Shown: positions 28,901-41,560 of the stretch, piece after piece
Layout of the letters: every line of letters starts with the position of its first letter
Position numbering within the stretch: the first letter of the stretch is position 1
NCBI GenBank assembly: GCA_964016885.1
Contig: OZ024747.1
Location: 35,216,001-35,280,000 of the forward strand
Length of the DNA: 64,000 nucleotides
Origin: Eledone cirrhosa
Taxonomy: Eukaryota
Direction: 5' to 3'
The notes under the pieces: model-generated
Told to the model about the DNA's origin: nothing
The model's database searches: none
Seen by the model: only the letters and a program-made list of their open reading frames with translations
Made by a program: the position numbers and the translations under genes

Positions 28901-29300
28901 ACACAAATAAACTAATGTCTTTGCTCCAGTATCACTATTACTGCAACACAAATAAACTAGTGTCATTGCTCCAGTATCACTGTTACTGCAACACAAATAA
29001 ACTAATGTCATTGCTCCAGTATCACTGTTACTGCAACACAAATAAACTAATGTCATTGCTCCAGTATCACTGTTACTGCAACACAAATAAACTAATGTCA
29101 TTGCTCAAGTATCACTGTTACTGCAACACAAATAATCTAATGTCATTGCTCCAGTATCACTGTTACTGCAACACAAATAAACTAATGGCTTTGCTCCAGT
29201 ATCACAGTTACTGCATCACAAATAAACTAATGTCTTTGCTCCAGTATCACTATTACTGCAACACAAATAAGCTAATGTCTTTACTCCAGTATCACTGTTA
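22750..29300. repeat. Imperfect tandem duplication of about 72-73 monomers (offsets 3240-3286 bp)
   Basis: ORF pairs 23064/26350, 23379/26665 and 23666/26952 are offset by 3286, 23965/27206 by 3241, and 25133/28373 and 25495/28735 by 3240. Both copies carry the ACTTTTTACT insertion and the CTTCGCTCCAGAATC variant. Confidence 0.82.
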
Positions 29301-29419
29301 CTGCAACACAAATAAACTAATGTCGTTGCTCCAGTATCACTGTTACTGAAACACAAATAAACTAATGTCTTTGCTCCAGTATCACTGTTACTGCAACACA
29401 AATAAACTAATGTCTTTAC

Positions 29420-32400
29420 TCCAGTATCACTATTACTAAAACACAAATAAACTAATGTCATTGCTCCAGTATCACTGTTACTGCAACACAAATAAGCTAA
29501 TGTCTTTACTCCAGTATCACTGTTACTGCAACACAAATAAACTAATGGCTTTGTTCCAGTATCACTGTTTCTGCAACATAAATAAACTAATGTCTTTACT
29601 CCAGTATCACTGTTACTGCAACACAAATAAACTAATGTCGTTGCTCCAGTATCACTGTTACTGAAACACAAATAAACTAATGTCTTTGCTCCAGTATCAC
29701 TGTTACTGCAACACAAATAAACTAATGTCTTTACTCCAGTATCACTATTACTAAAACACAAATAAACTAATGTCATTGCTCCAGTATCACTGTTACTGCA
29801 ACACAAATAAACTAATGTCTTTACTCCAGTATCACTATTACTAAAACACAAATAAACTAATGTCTTTACTCGAGTATCACTATTACTGCAACACAAATAA
29901 ACTAATGTCTTTACTCCAGTATCACTATTACTAAAACACAAATAAACTAATGTCATTGCTCCAGTATCACTATTACTGCAACACAAATATACTAATGTCT
30001 TTACTCCAGTATCACTGTTACTGCAACCCAAATAAACTAATGTCTTTACTCCAGTATCACAGTTACTGCAGCACAAATAAACTAATGTCTTTACTCCAGT
30101 ATCACTGTTACTGCAACACAAATAAACTAATGTCTTTGTTCCAGTATCACTGTTACTGCAACACAAATAAACTAATGTCTTTGCTCCAGTATCACTATTA
30201 CTAAAACACAAATAAACTAATGTCATTGCTCCAGTATCACTGTTATTGCAACACAAATAAACTAATGTCTTTACTCCAGTATCACTGTTACTGCAACATA
30301 AATAAACTAATGTCTTTACTCCAGTATCACTGTTACTGCAACACAAATAAACTAATGTATTTGCTCCAGTATCACTGGTACTGCAGCACAAATAAACTAA
30401 TGTCTTTACTCCAGTGTCACTGTTACTGCAACACAAATAAACTAATGTCTTTACTCCAGTATCACTGCCACTGCAACACAAATAAACTAATGTCTTTACT
30501 CCAGTATCGCTGTTACTACAGCACAAATAAACTAATGTCTTTACTCCAGTATCACTATTACTGCAACACAAATAAACTAATGTCTTTGCTCCAGTATCAC
30601 TGTTACTGCAGCACGAATATACTAATGTATTTACTCCAGTATCACTATTACTAAAACACAAATAAACTAATGTTTTTGCTCCAGTATCACTGTTACTGCA
30701 GCACGAATAAACTAATGTATTTACTCCAGTATCACTATTACGGCAACACAAATAAACTAAGGTCTTTGCTGCAGTATCACTGTTACTGCAGCACAAATAA
30801 TCTAATGTCTTTACTCCAGTATGACTGTTACTGCAACACAAATAAACTAATGTCTTTACTCCAGTATCACTATTACTAAAACACAATTAAACTAACGTAT
30901 TTGCTCCAGTATCACTGTTACTGCAACACAAATAAACTAATGTCTTTGCTCCAGTATCACTGTTACTGCAACACAAATAAACTAATGTCATTGCTCCAGT
31001 ATCACTATTACTGCAACACAAATAAACTAATGTCATTGCTCCAGTATTACTATTACTGCAACACAAATAAACTAATGTATTTGCTCCAGTATCACTGTTA
31101 CTGCAACACAAATAAATTAATGTCATTGCTCCAGTATCACTATTACTGCAACACAAATAAACTAATGTCTTTGCTCCAGTATCACTATTACTGCAACTCA
31201 AATAAACTAATGTCATTGCTCCAATATTACTATTACTGCAACACAAATAAACTAACGTCTTTACTCCAGTATCACTATTACTGCAACACAAATAAACTAA
31301 TGTCTTTACTCCAGTATCACTGTTACTGCAACACAAATAAACTAATGTCTTTACTCCAGTATCACTGTTACTGCAACACAAATAAACTAATGTCTTTACT
31401 CCAGTATCACTGTTACTGCAACACAAATAAACTAATGTATTTACTCCAGTATCACTGTTACTGCAACACAAATAAACTAATGTCTTTACTCCAGTATCAC
31501 TGTTAATGCAACACAAATAAACTAATGTCTTTACTCCAGTATCACTGTTACTGCAACACAAATATACTAATGTCTTTACTCCAGTATCACTGTTACTGCA
31601 ACACAAATAAACTAATGTCTTTACTCCAGTATCACTGTTACTGCAACACAAATAAACTAATGTCTTTACTCCAGTATCACTGTTACTGCAACACAAATAA
31701 ACTAATGTCTTTGCTCCAGTATCACTATTACTAAAACACAAATAAACTAATGTATTTGCTCCAGTATCACTGTTACTGCAACACAAATAAACTAATGTAT
31801 TTGCTCCAGTATCACTGTTACTGCAACACAAATAAATTAATGTCTTTCCTCCAGTATCACTGTTACTGCAGCACAAATAATCTAATGTCTTTACTCCAGT
31901 ATCACTGTTACTGCAACACATATAAACTAATGTCTTTACTCCAGTATCACTGTTACTGCAACACAAATAAACTAATGTCTTTGCTCCAGTATCACTGTTA
32001 CTGCAACACAAATAAACTAATGTCTTTACTCCAGTATCACTGTTACTGCAACACAAATAAACTAATGTCTTTGCTCCAGTATCACTATTACTAAAACACA
32101 AATAAACTAATGTATTTGCTCCAGTATCACTGTTACTGCAACACAAATAAATTAATGTCTTTCCTCCAGTATCACTATTACTAAAACACACATAAACTAA
32201 TGTCATTGCTCCAGTATCACTGTTATTGCAACACAAATAAACTAATGTCTTTACTCCAGTATCACTGTTACTGCAACATAAATAAACTAATGTCTTTACT
32301 CCAGTATCACTGTTACTGCAACACAAATAAACTAATGTCATTGCTCCAGTATCACTGTTACTGAAACACAAATAAACTAAAGTCTTTGCTCCAGTATCAC

Positions 32401-35400
32401 TGTTACTGCAACACAAATAAACTAATGTCTTTACTCCAGTATCACTGTTACTGCAACACAAATAAACTAATGTCTTTACTCCAGTATCACTGTTACTGCA
32501 ACACAAATAAACTAATGTCTTTGCTCCAGTATCACTATTACTAAAACACAAATAAACTAATGTATTTGCTCCAGTATCACTGTTACTGCAACACAAATAA
32601 ATTAATGTCTTTCCTCCAGTATCACTGTTACTGCAGCACAAATAAACTAATGTCTTTACTCCAGTATCACTGTTACTGCAACACAAATAAACTAATGTCT
32701 TTACTCCAGTATCACTGTTACTGCAACACAAATAAACTAATGTCTTTGCTCCAGTATCACTATTACTAAAACACACATAAACTAATGTCATTGCTCCAGT
32801 ATCACTGTTATTGCAACACAAATAAACTAATGTCTTTACTCCAGTATCACTGTTACTGCAACATAAATAAACTAATGTCTTTACTCCAGTATCACTGTTA
32901 CTGCAACACAAATAAACTAATGTCATTGCTCCAGTATCACTGTTACTGAAACACAAATAAACTAAAGTCTTTGCTCCAGTATCACTGTTACTGCAACACA
33001 AATAAACTAATGTCTTTACTCCAGTATCACTATTACTAAAACAAATAAACTAATGTCATTGCTCCAGTATCACTATTACTGCAACACAAATATACTAATG
33101 TCTTTACTCCAGTATCACTGTTACTGCAACACAAATAAACTAATGTCTTTACTCCAGTATCACTGTTACTGCCGCACAAATAAACTAATGTCTTTACTCC
33201 AGTATCACAGTTACTGCAGCACAAATAAACTAATGTCTTTACTCCAGTGTCACTGTTACTGCAACACAAATAAACTAATGTCTTTACTCCAGTATCACTG
33301 CCACTGCAACACAAATAAACTAACATCTTTACTCCAGTATCGCTGTTACTGCAGCACAAATAAATTAATGTCTTTCCTCCAGTATCACTGTTACTGCAGC
33401 ACAAATAAACTAATGTATTTACTCCAGTATCACTGTTACTGCAACACAAATAAACTAATGTATTTACTCCAGTATCACTGTTACTGCAACACAAATAAAC
33501 TAATGTCTTTACTCCAGTATCACTGATACTGCAACACAAATAAACTAAGGTCTTTGCTCCAGTATCACTGTTACTGCAGCACAAATAAACTAATGTCTTT
33601 ACTCCAGTATCACTGTTACTGCAACACAAATAAACTAATGTATTTACTCCAGTATCACTGTTACTGCAACACAAATAAACTAATGTCTGTACTCCAGTAT
33701 CACTGATACTGCAACACAAATAAACTAAGGTCTTTGCTCCAGTATCACTGTTACTGCAGCACAAATAAACTAATGTCTTTACTCCAGTATCACTGTTATT
33801 GCAACACAAATAATCTAATGTCTTTACTCCAGTATGACTGTTACTGCTACACAAATAAACTAATGTCTTTGCTCCAGTATCACTATTACTAAAACACAAA
33901 TAAACTAATGTATTTGCTCCAGTATCACTGTTACTGCAACACAAATAAACTAACGTCTTTACTCCAGTATCACTGTTACTGCAACACAAATAAACTAATG
34001 TCTTTACTCCAGTATCACTGTTACTGCAACACAAATAAACTAATGTCTTTACTCCAGTATCACTGATACTGCAACACAAATAAACTAATGTCTTTACTCC
34101 AGTATCACTGTTACTGCAACACAAATAAACTAATGTCTTTACTCCAGTATCACTGTTAATGCAACACAAATAAACTAATGTCTTTACTCCAGTATCGCTG
34201 TTACTACAGCACAAATAAACTAATGTCTTTACTCCAGTATCACTGTTACTGCAACACAAATAAACTAATGTCATTGCTCCAGTATCACTGTTACTGCAAC
34301 ACAAATAAACTAATGTCATTGCTCCAGTATCACTGTTACTGCAACACAAATAAACTAATGTCTTTGCTCCAGTATCACTATTACTGCAACACAAATAAAC
34401 TAATGTCATTGCTCCAGTATCACTGTTACTGCAACACAAATAAACTGATGTCATTGCTCCAGTATCACTGTTACTGCAACACAAATAAACTAATGTCATT
34501 GCTCCAGTATCACTGTTACTGCAACACAAACAATCTAATGTCATTGCTCCAGTATCACTGTTACTGCAACACAAATAAACTAATGTCATTGCTCCAGTAT
34601 CACTGTTTCTGCAACATAAATAAACTAATGTCTTTACTCCAGTATCACTGTTACTGCAACACAAATAAACTAATGTCGTTGCTCCAGTATCACTGTTACT
34701 GAAACACAAATAAACTAATGTCATTGCTCCAGTATCACTGTTACTGCAACACAAATAAACTAATGTCTTTGCTCCAGTATCACTATTACTGCAACACAAA
34801 TAAACTAATGTCATTGCTCCAGTATCACTGTTACTGCAACACAAATAAACTAATGGCTTTGCTCCAGTATCACAGTTACTGCAACACAAATAAACTAATG
34901 TCTTTGCTCCAGTATCACTATTACTGCAACACAAATAAGCTAATGTCTTTACTCCAGTATCACTGTTACTGCAACACAAATAAACTAATGGCTTTGCTCC
35001 AGTATCACTGTTTCTGCAACATAAATAAACTAATGTCTTTACTCCAGTATCACTGTTACTGCAACACAAATAAACTAATGTCGTTGCTCCAGTATCACTG
35101 TTACTGAAACACGAATAAACTAATGTCTTTGCTCCAGTATCACTGTTACTGCAACACAAATGAACTAATGTCTTTACTCCAGTATCACTATTACTAAAAC
35201 ACAAATAAACTAATGTCATTGCTCCAGTATCACTGTTACTGCAACACAAATAAACTAATGTCTTTACTCCAGTATCACTATTACTAAAACACAAATAAAC
35301 TAATGTCTTTACTCCAGTATCACTATTACTGCAACACAAATAAACTAATGTCTTTACTCCAGTATCACTATTACTAAAACACAAATAAACTAATGTCATT

Positions 35401-38400
35401 GCTCTATTATCACTATTACTGCAACCCAAATAAACTAATGTCTTTACTCCAGTATCACTGTTACTGCAGCACAAATAAACTAATATCTTTACTCCAGTAT
35501 CACAGTTACTGCAGCACAAATAAACTAATGTCTTTACTCCAGTATCACTGTTACTGCAACACAAATAGACTAATGTCTTTGTTCCAGTATCACTGTTACT
35601 GCAACACAAATAAACTAATGTCTTTGCTCTAGTATCACTGGTACTGCAGCACAAATAAACTAATGTCTTTACTCCAGTGTCACTGTTACTGCAACACAAA
35701 TAAACTAATGTCTTTACTCCAGTATCACTGCCACTGCAACACAAATAAACTAATGTCTTTACTCCAGTATCGCTGTTACTACAGCACAAATAAACTAATG
35801 TCTTTACTCCAGTATCACTATTACTGCAACACAAATAAACTAATGTCTTTGCTCCAGTATCACTGTTACTGCAGCACGAATAAACTAATGTATTTACTCC
35901 ACTATCACTATTACTAAAACACAAATAAACTAATGTTGTTGCTCCAGTATCACTGTTACTGCAGCACGAATAAACTAATGTATTTACTCCAGTATCACTA
36001 TTACGGCAACACAAATAAACTAAGGTCTTTGCTGCAGTATCACTGTTACTGCAGCACAAATAATCTAATGTCTTTACTCCAGTATGACTGTTACTGCAAC
36101 ACAAATAAACTAATGTCTTTACTCCAGTATCACTATTACTAAAACACAATTAAACTAACGTATTTGCTCCAGTATCACTGTTACTGCAACACAAATAAAC
36201 TAATGTCTTTGCTCCAGTATCACTGTTACTGCAACACAAATAAACTAATGTCATTGCTCCAGTATCACTATTACTGCAACACAAATAAACTAATGTCATT
36301 GCTCCAGTATTACTATTACTGCGACACAAATAAACTAATGTCTTTGCTCCAGTATCACTGTTACTGCAACACAAATAAATTAATGTCTTTGCTCCAGTAT
36401 CACTATTACTGCAACACAAATAAACTAATGTCTTTGCTCCAGTATCACTATTACTGCAACACAAATAAACTAATGTCATTGCTCCAATATTACTATTACT
36501 GCAACACAAATAAACTAACGTCTTTACTCCAGTATCACTATTACTGCAACACAAATAAACTAATGTCTTTACTCCAGTATCACTGTTACTGCAACACAAA
36601 TAAACTAATGTCTTTACTCCAGTATCACTGTTACTGCAACACAAATAAACTAATGTCTTTACTCCAGTATCACTGTTACTGCAACACAAATAAACTAATG
36701 TCTTTACTCCAGTATCACTGTTACTGCAACACAAATAAACTAATGTCTTTACTCCAGTATCACTGTTAATGCAACACAAATAAACTAATGTCTTTACTCC
36801 AGTATCACTGTTACTGCAACACAAATATACTAATGTCTTTACTCCAGTATCACTGTTACTGCAACACAAATAAACTAATGTCTTTACTCCAGTATCACTG
36901 TTACTGCAACACAAATAAACTAATGTCTTTACTCCAGTATCACTGTTACTGCAACACAAATAAACTAATGTCTTTGCTCCAGTATCACTATTACTAAAAC
37001 ACAAATAAACTAATGTATTTGCTCCAGTATCACTGTTACTGCAACACAAATAAACTAATGTCTTTACTCCAGTATCACTGTTACTGCAACACAAATAATC
37101 TAATGTCTTTGCTCCAGTATCACTATTACTAAAACACAAATAAACTAATGTATTTGCTCCAGTATCACTGTTACTGCAACACAAATAAACTAATGTCTTT
37201 ACTCCAGTATCACTGTTACTGCAACACAAATAATCTAATGTCTTTGCTCCAGTATCACTATTACTAAAACACAAATAAACTAATGTATTTGCTCCAGTAT
37301 CACTGTTACTGCAACACAAATAAATTAATGTCTTTCCTCCAGTATAACTGTTACTGCAGCACAAATAATCTAATGTCTTTACTCCAGTATCACTGTTACT
37401 GCAACACAAATAAACTAATGTCTTTACTCCAGTATCACTGTTACTGCAACACAAATAAACTAATGTCTTTGCTCCAGTATCACTATTACTAAAACACAAA
37501 TAAACTAATGTATTTGCTCCAGTATCACTGTTACTGCAACACAAATAAACTAATGTCTTTACTCCAGTATCACTATTACTGCAACACAAATAAACTAATG
37601 TCTTTGCTCCAGTATCACTATTACTAAAACACAAATAAACTAATGTATTTGCTCCAGTATCACTGTTACTGCAACACAAATAAATTAATGTCTTTCCTCC
37701 AGTATCACTGTTACTGCAGCACAAATAAACTAATGTCTTTACTCCAGTATCACTGTTACTGCAACACAAATAAACTAATGTCTTTACTCCAGTATCACTG
37801 TTACTGCAACACAAATAAACTAATGTCTTTGCTCCAGTATCACTATTACTAAAACACAAATAAACTAATGTCATTGCTCCAGTATCACTGTTATTGCAAC
37901 ACAAATAAACTAATGTCTTTACTCCAGTATCACTGTTACTGCAACATAAATAAACTAATGTCTTTACTCCAGTATCACTGTTACTGCAACACAAATAAAC
38001 TAATGTCATTGCTCCAGTATCACTGTTACTGAAACACAAATAAACTAAAGTCTTTGCTCCAGTATCACTGTTACTGCAACACAAATAAACTAATGTCTTT
38101 ACTCCAGTATCACTATTACTAAAACAAATAAACTAATGTCATTGCTCCAGTATCACTATTACTGCAACACAAATATACTAATGTCTTTACTCCAGTATCA
38201 CTGTTACTGAAACACAAATAAACTAATGTCTTTACTCCAGTATCGCTGTTACTGCAGCACAAATAAATTAATGTCTTTCCTCCAGTATCACTGTTACTGC
38301 AGCACAAATAAACTAATGTACTTACTCCAGTATCACTGTTACTGCAACACAAATAAACCAATGTATTTACTCCAGTATCACTGTTACTGCAACACAAATA

Positions 38401-38900
38401 AACTAATGTCTTTACTCCAGTATCACTGATACTGCAACACAAATAAACTAAGGTCTTTGCTCCAGTATCACTGTTACTGCAGCACAAATAAACTAATGTC
38501 TTTACTCCAGTATCACTGTTACTGCAACACAAATAAACTAATGTATTTACTCCAGTATCACTGTTACTGCAACACAAATAAACTAATGTCTGTACTCCAG
38601 TATCACTGATACTGCAACACAAATAAACTAAGGTCTTTGCTCTAGTATCACTGTTACTGCAGCACAAATAAACTAATGTCTTTACTCCAGTATCACTGTT
38701 ATTGCAACACAAATAATCTAATGTCTTTACTCCAGTATGACTGTTACTGCTACACAAATAAACTAATGTCTTTGCTCCAGTATCACTATTACTAAAACAC
38801 AAATAAACTAATGTATTTGCTCCAGTATCACTGTTACTGCAACACAAATAAACTAACGTCTTTACTCCAGTATCACTGTTACTGCAACACAAATAAACTA
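29420..38900. repeat. Copy 1 of a 9.5-kb long-range duplication (partner about 54790-64000)
   Basis: Offsets to the partner are 25370 (29455/54825, 29950/55320), 25505 (30670/56175, 30887/56392) and 25100 (33036/58136, 36150/61250, 38119/63219). The 1037-aa and 644-aa translations look identical between the copies. Confidence 0.9.
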
Positions 38901-41560
38901 ATGTCTTTACTCCAGTATCACTGCCACTGCAACACAAATAAACTAATGTCTTTACTCCAGTATCGCTGTTACTACAGCACAAATAAACTAATGTCTTTAC
39001 TCCAGTATCACTATTACTGCAACACAAATAAACTAATGTCTTTGCTCCAGTATCACTGTTACTGCAGCACGAATAAACTAATGTATTTACTCCAGTATCA
39101 CTATTACTAAAACACAAATAAACTAATGTTTTTGCTCCAGTATCACTGTTACTGCAGCACGAATAAACTAATGTATTTACTCCAGTATCACTATTACGGC
39201 AACACAAATAAACTAAGGTCTTTGCTGCAGTATCACTGTTACTGCAGCACAAATAATCTAATGTCTTTACTCCAGTATGACTGTTACTGCAACACAAATA
39301 AACTAATGTCTTTACTCCAGTATCACTATTACTAAAACACAATTAAACTAACGTATTTGCTCCAGTATCACTGTTACTGCAACACAAATAAACTAATGTC
39401 TTTGCTCCAGTATCACTGTTACTGCAACACAAATAAATTAATGTCTTTGCTCCAGTATCACTATTACTGCAACACAAATAAACTAATGTCTTTGCTCCAG
39501 TATCACTATTACTGCAACACAAATAAACTAATGTCATTGCTCCAATATTACTATTACTGCAACACAAATAAACTAACGTCTTTACTCCAGTATCACTATT
39601 ACTGCAACACAAATAAACTAATGTCTTTACTCCAGTATCACTGTTACTGCAACACAAATAAACTAATGTCTTTACTCCAGTATCACTGTTACTGCAACAC
39701 AAATAAACTAATGTCTTTGCTCCAGTATCACTATTACTAAAACACAAATAAACTAATGTCATTGCTCCAGTATCACTGTTATTGCAACACAAATAAACTA
39801 ATGTCTTTACTCCAGTATCACTGTTACTGCAACATAAATAAACTAATGTCTTTACTCCAGTATCACTGTTACTGCAACACAAATAAACTAATGTCATTGC
39901 TCCAGTATCACTGTTACTGAAACACAAATAAACTAAAGTCTTTGCTCCAGTATCACTGTTACTGCAACACAAATAAACTAATGTCTTTACTCCAGTATCA
40001 CTATTACTAAAACAAATAAACTAATGTCATTGCTCCAGTATCACTATTACTGCAACACAAATATACTAATGTCTTTACTCCAGTATCACTGTTACTGAAA
40101 CACAAATAAACTAATGTCTTTACTCCAGTATCGCTGTTACTGCAGCACAAATAAATTAATGTCTTTCCTCCAGTATCACTGTTACTGCAGCACAAATAAA
40201 CTAATGTACTTACTCCAGTATCACTGTTACTGCAACACAAATAAACCAATGTATTTACTCCAGTATCACTGTTACTGCAACACAAATAAACTAATGTCTT
40301 TACTCCAGTATCACTGATACTGCAACACAAATAAACTAAGGTCTTTGCTCCAGTATCACTGTTACTGCAGCACAAATAAACTAATGTCTTTACTCCAGTA
40401 TCACTGTTACTGCAACACAAATAAACTAATGTATTTACTCCAGTATCACTGTTACTGCAACACAAATAAACTAATGTCTGTACTCCAGTATCACTGATAC
40501 TGCAACACAAATAAACTAAGGTCTTTGCTCTAGTATCACTGTTACTGCAGCACAAATAAACTAATGTCTTTACTCCAGTATCACTGTTATTGCAACACAA
40601 ATAATCTAATGTCTTTACTCCAGTATGACTGTTACTGCTACACAAATAAACTAATGTCTTTGCTCCAGTATCACTATTACTAAAACACAAATAAACTAAT
40701 GTATTTGCTCCAGTATCACTGTTACTGCAACACAAATAAACTAACGTCTTTACTCCAGTATCACTGTTACTGCAACACAAATAAACTAATGTCTTTACTC
40801 CAGTATCACTGCCACTGCAACACAAATAAACTAATGTCTTTACTCCAGTATCGCTGTTACTACAGCACAAATAAACTAATGTCTTTACTCCAGTATCACT
40901 ATTACTGCAACACAAATAAACTAATGTCTTTGCTCCAGTATCACTGTTACTGCAGCACGAATAAACTAATGTATTTACTCCAGTATCACTATTACTAAAA
41001 CACAAATAAACTAATGTTTTTGCTCCAGTATCACTGTTACTGCAGCACGAATAAACTAATGTATTTACTCCAGTATCACTATTACGGCAACACAAATAAA
41101 CTAAGGTCTTTGCTGCAGTATCACTGTTACTGCAGCACAAATAATCTAATGTCTTTACTCCAGTATGACTGTTACTGCAACACAAATAAACTAATGTCTT
41201 TACTCCAGTATCACTATTACTAAAACACAATTAAACTAACGTATTTGCTCCAGTATCACTGTTACTGCAACACAAATAAACTAATGTCTTTGCTCCAGTA
41301 TCACTGTTACTGCAACACAAATAAATTAATGTCTTTGCTCCAGTATCACTATTACTGCAACACAAATAAACTAATGTCTTTGCTCCAGTATCACTATTAC
41401 TGCAACACAAATAAACTAATGTCATTGCTCCAATATTACTATTACTGCAACACAAATAAACTAACGTCTTTACTCCAGTATCACTATTACTGCAACACAA
41501 ATAAACTAATGTCTTTACTCCAGTATCACTGTTACTGCAACACAAATAAACTAATGTCTT
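37780..41560. repeat. Tandem duplication of a 1888-bp block (42 monomers minus 2 bp)
   Basis: Identical ORFs 38119..39342 and 40007..41230, plus pairs 38811/40699 and 39126/41014, at offset 1888. Boundaries are approximate. Confidence 0.87.

Larger units (their letters stand above)
1285..29400. repeat. Left sub-family domain with an irregular higher-order unit of about 34-44 monomers
   Basis: The marker monomer ...ACAAAAATAAACTCATG recurs at 1285, 3265, 5110, 7000, 8664, 11634, 13298, 15053, 16584, 19013, 21847, 23602, 25133, 26888 and 28373. Other enriched variants are GCCCCAG, AACTATTG, AATGGC, AAGCTA and long runs of GTCATTG monomers. Boundaries are approximate. Confidence 0.8.
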
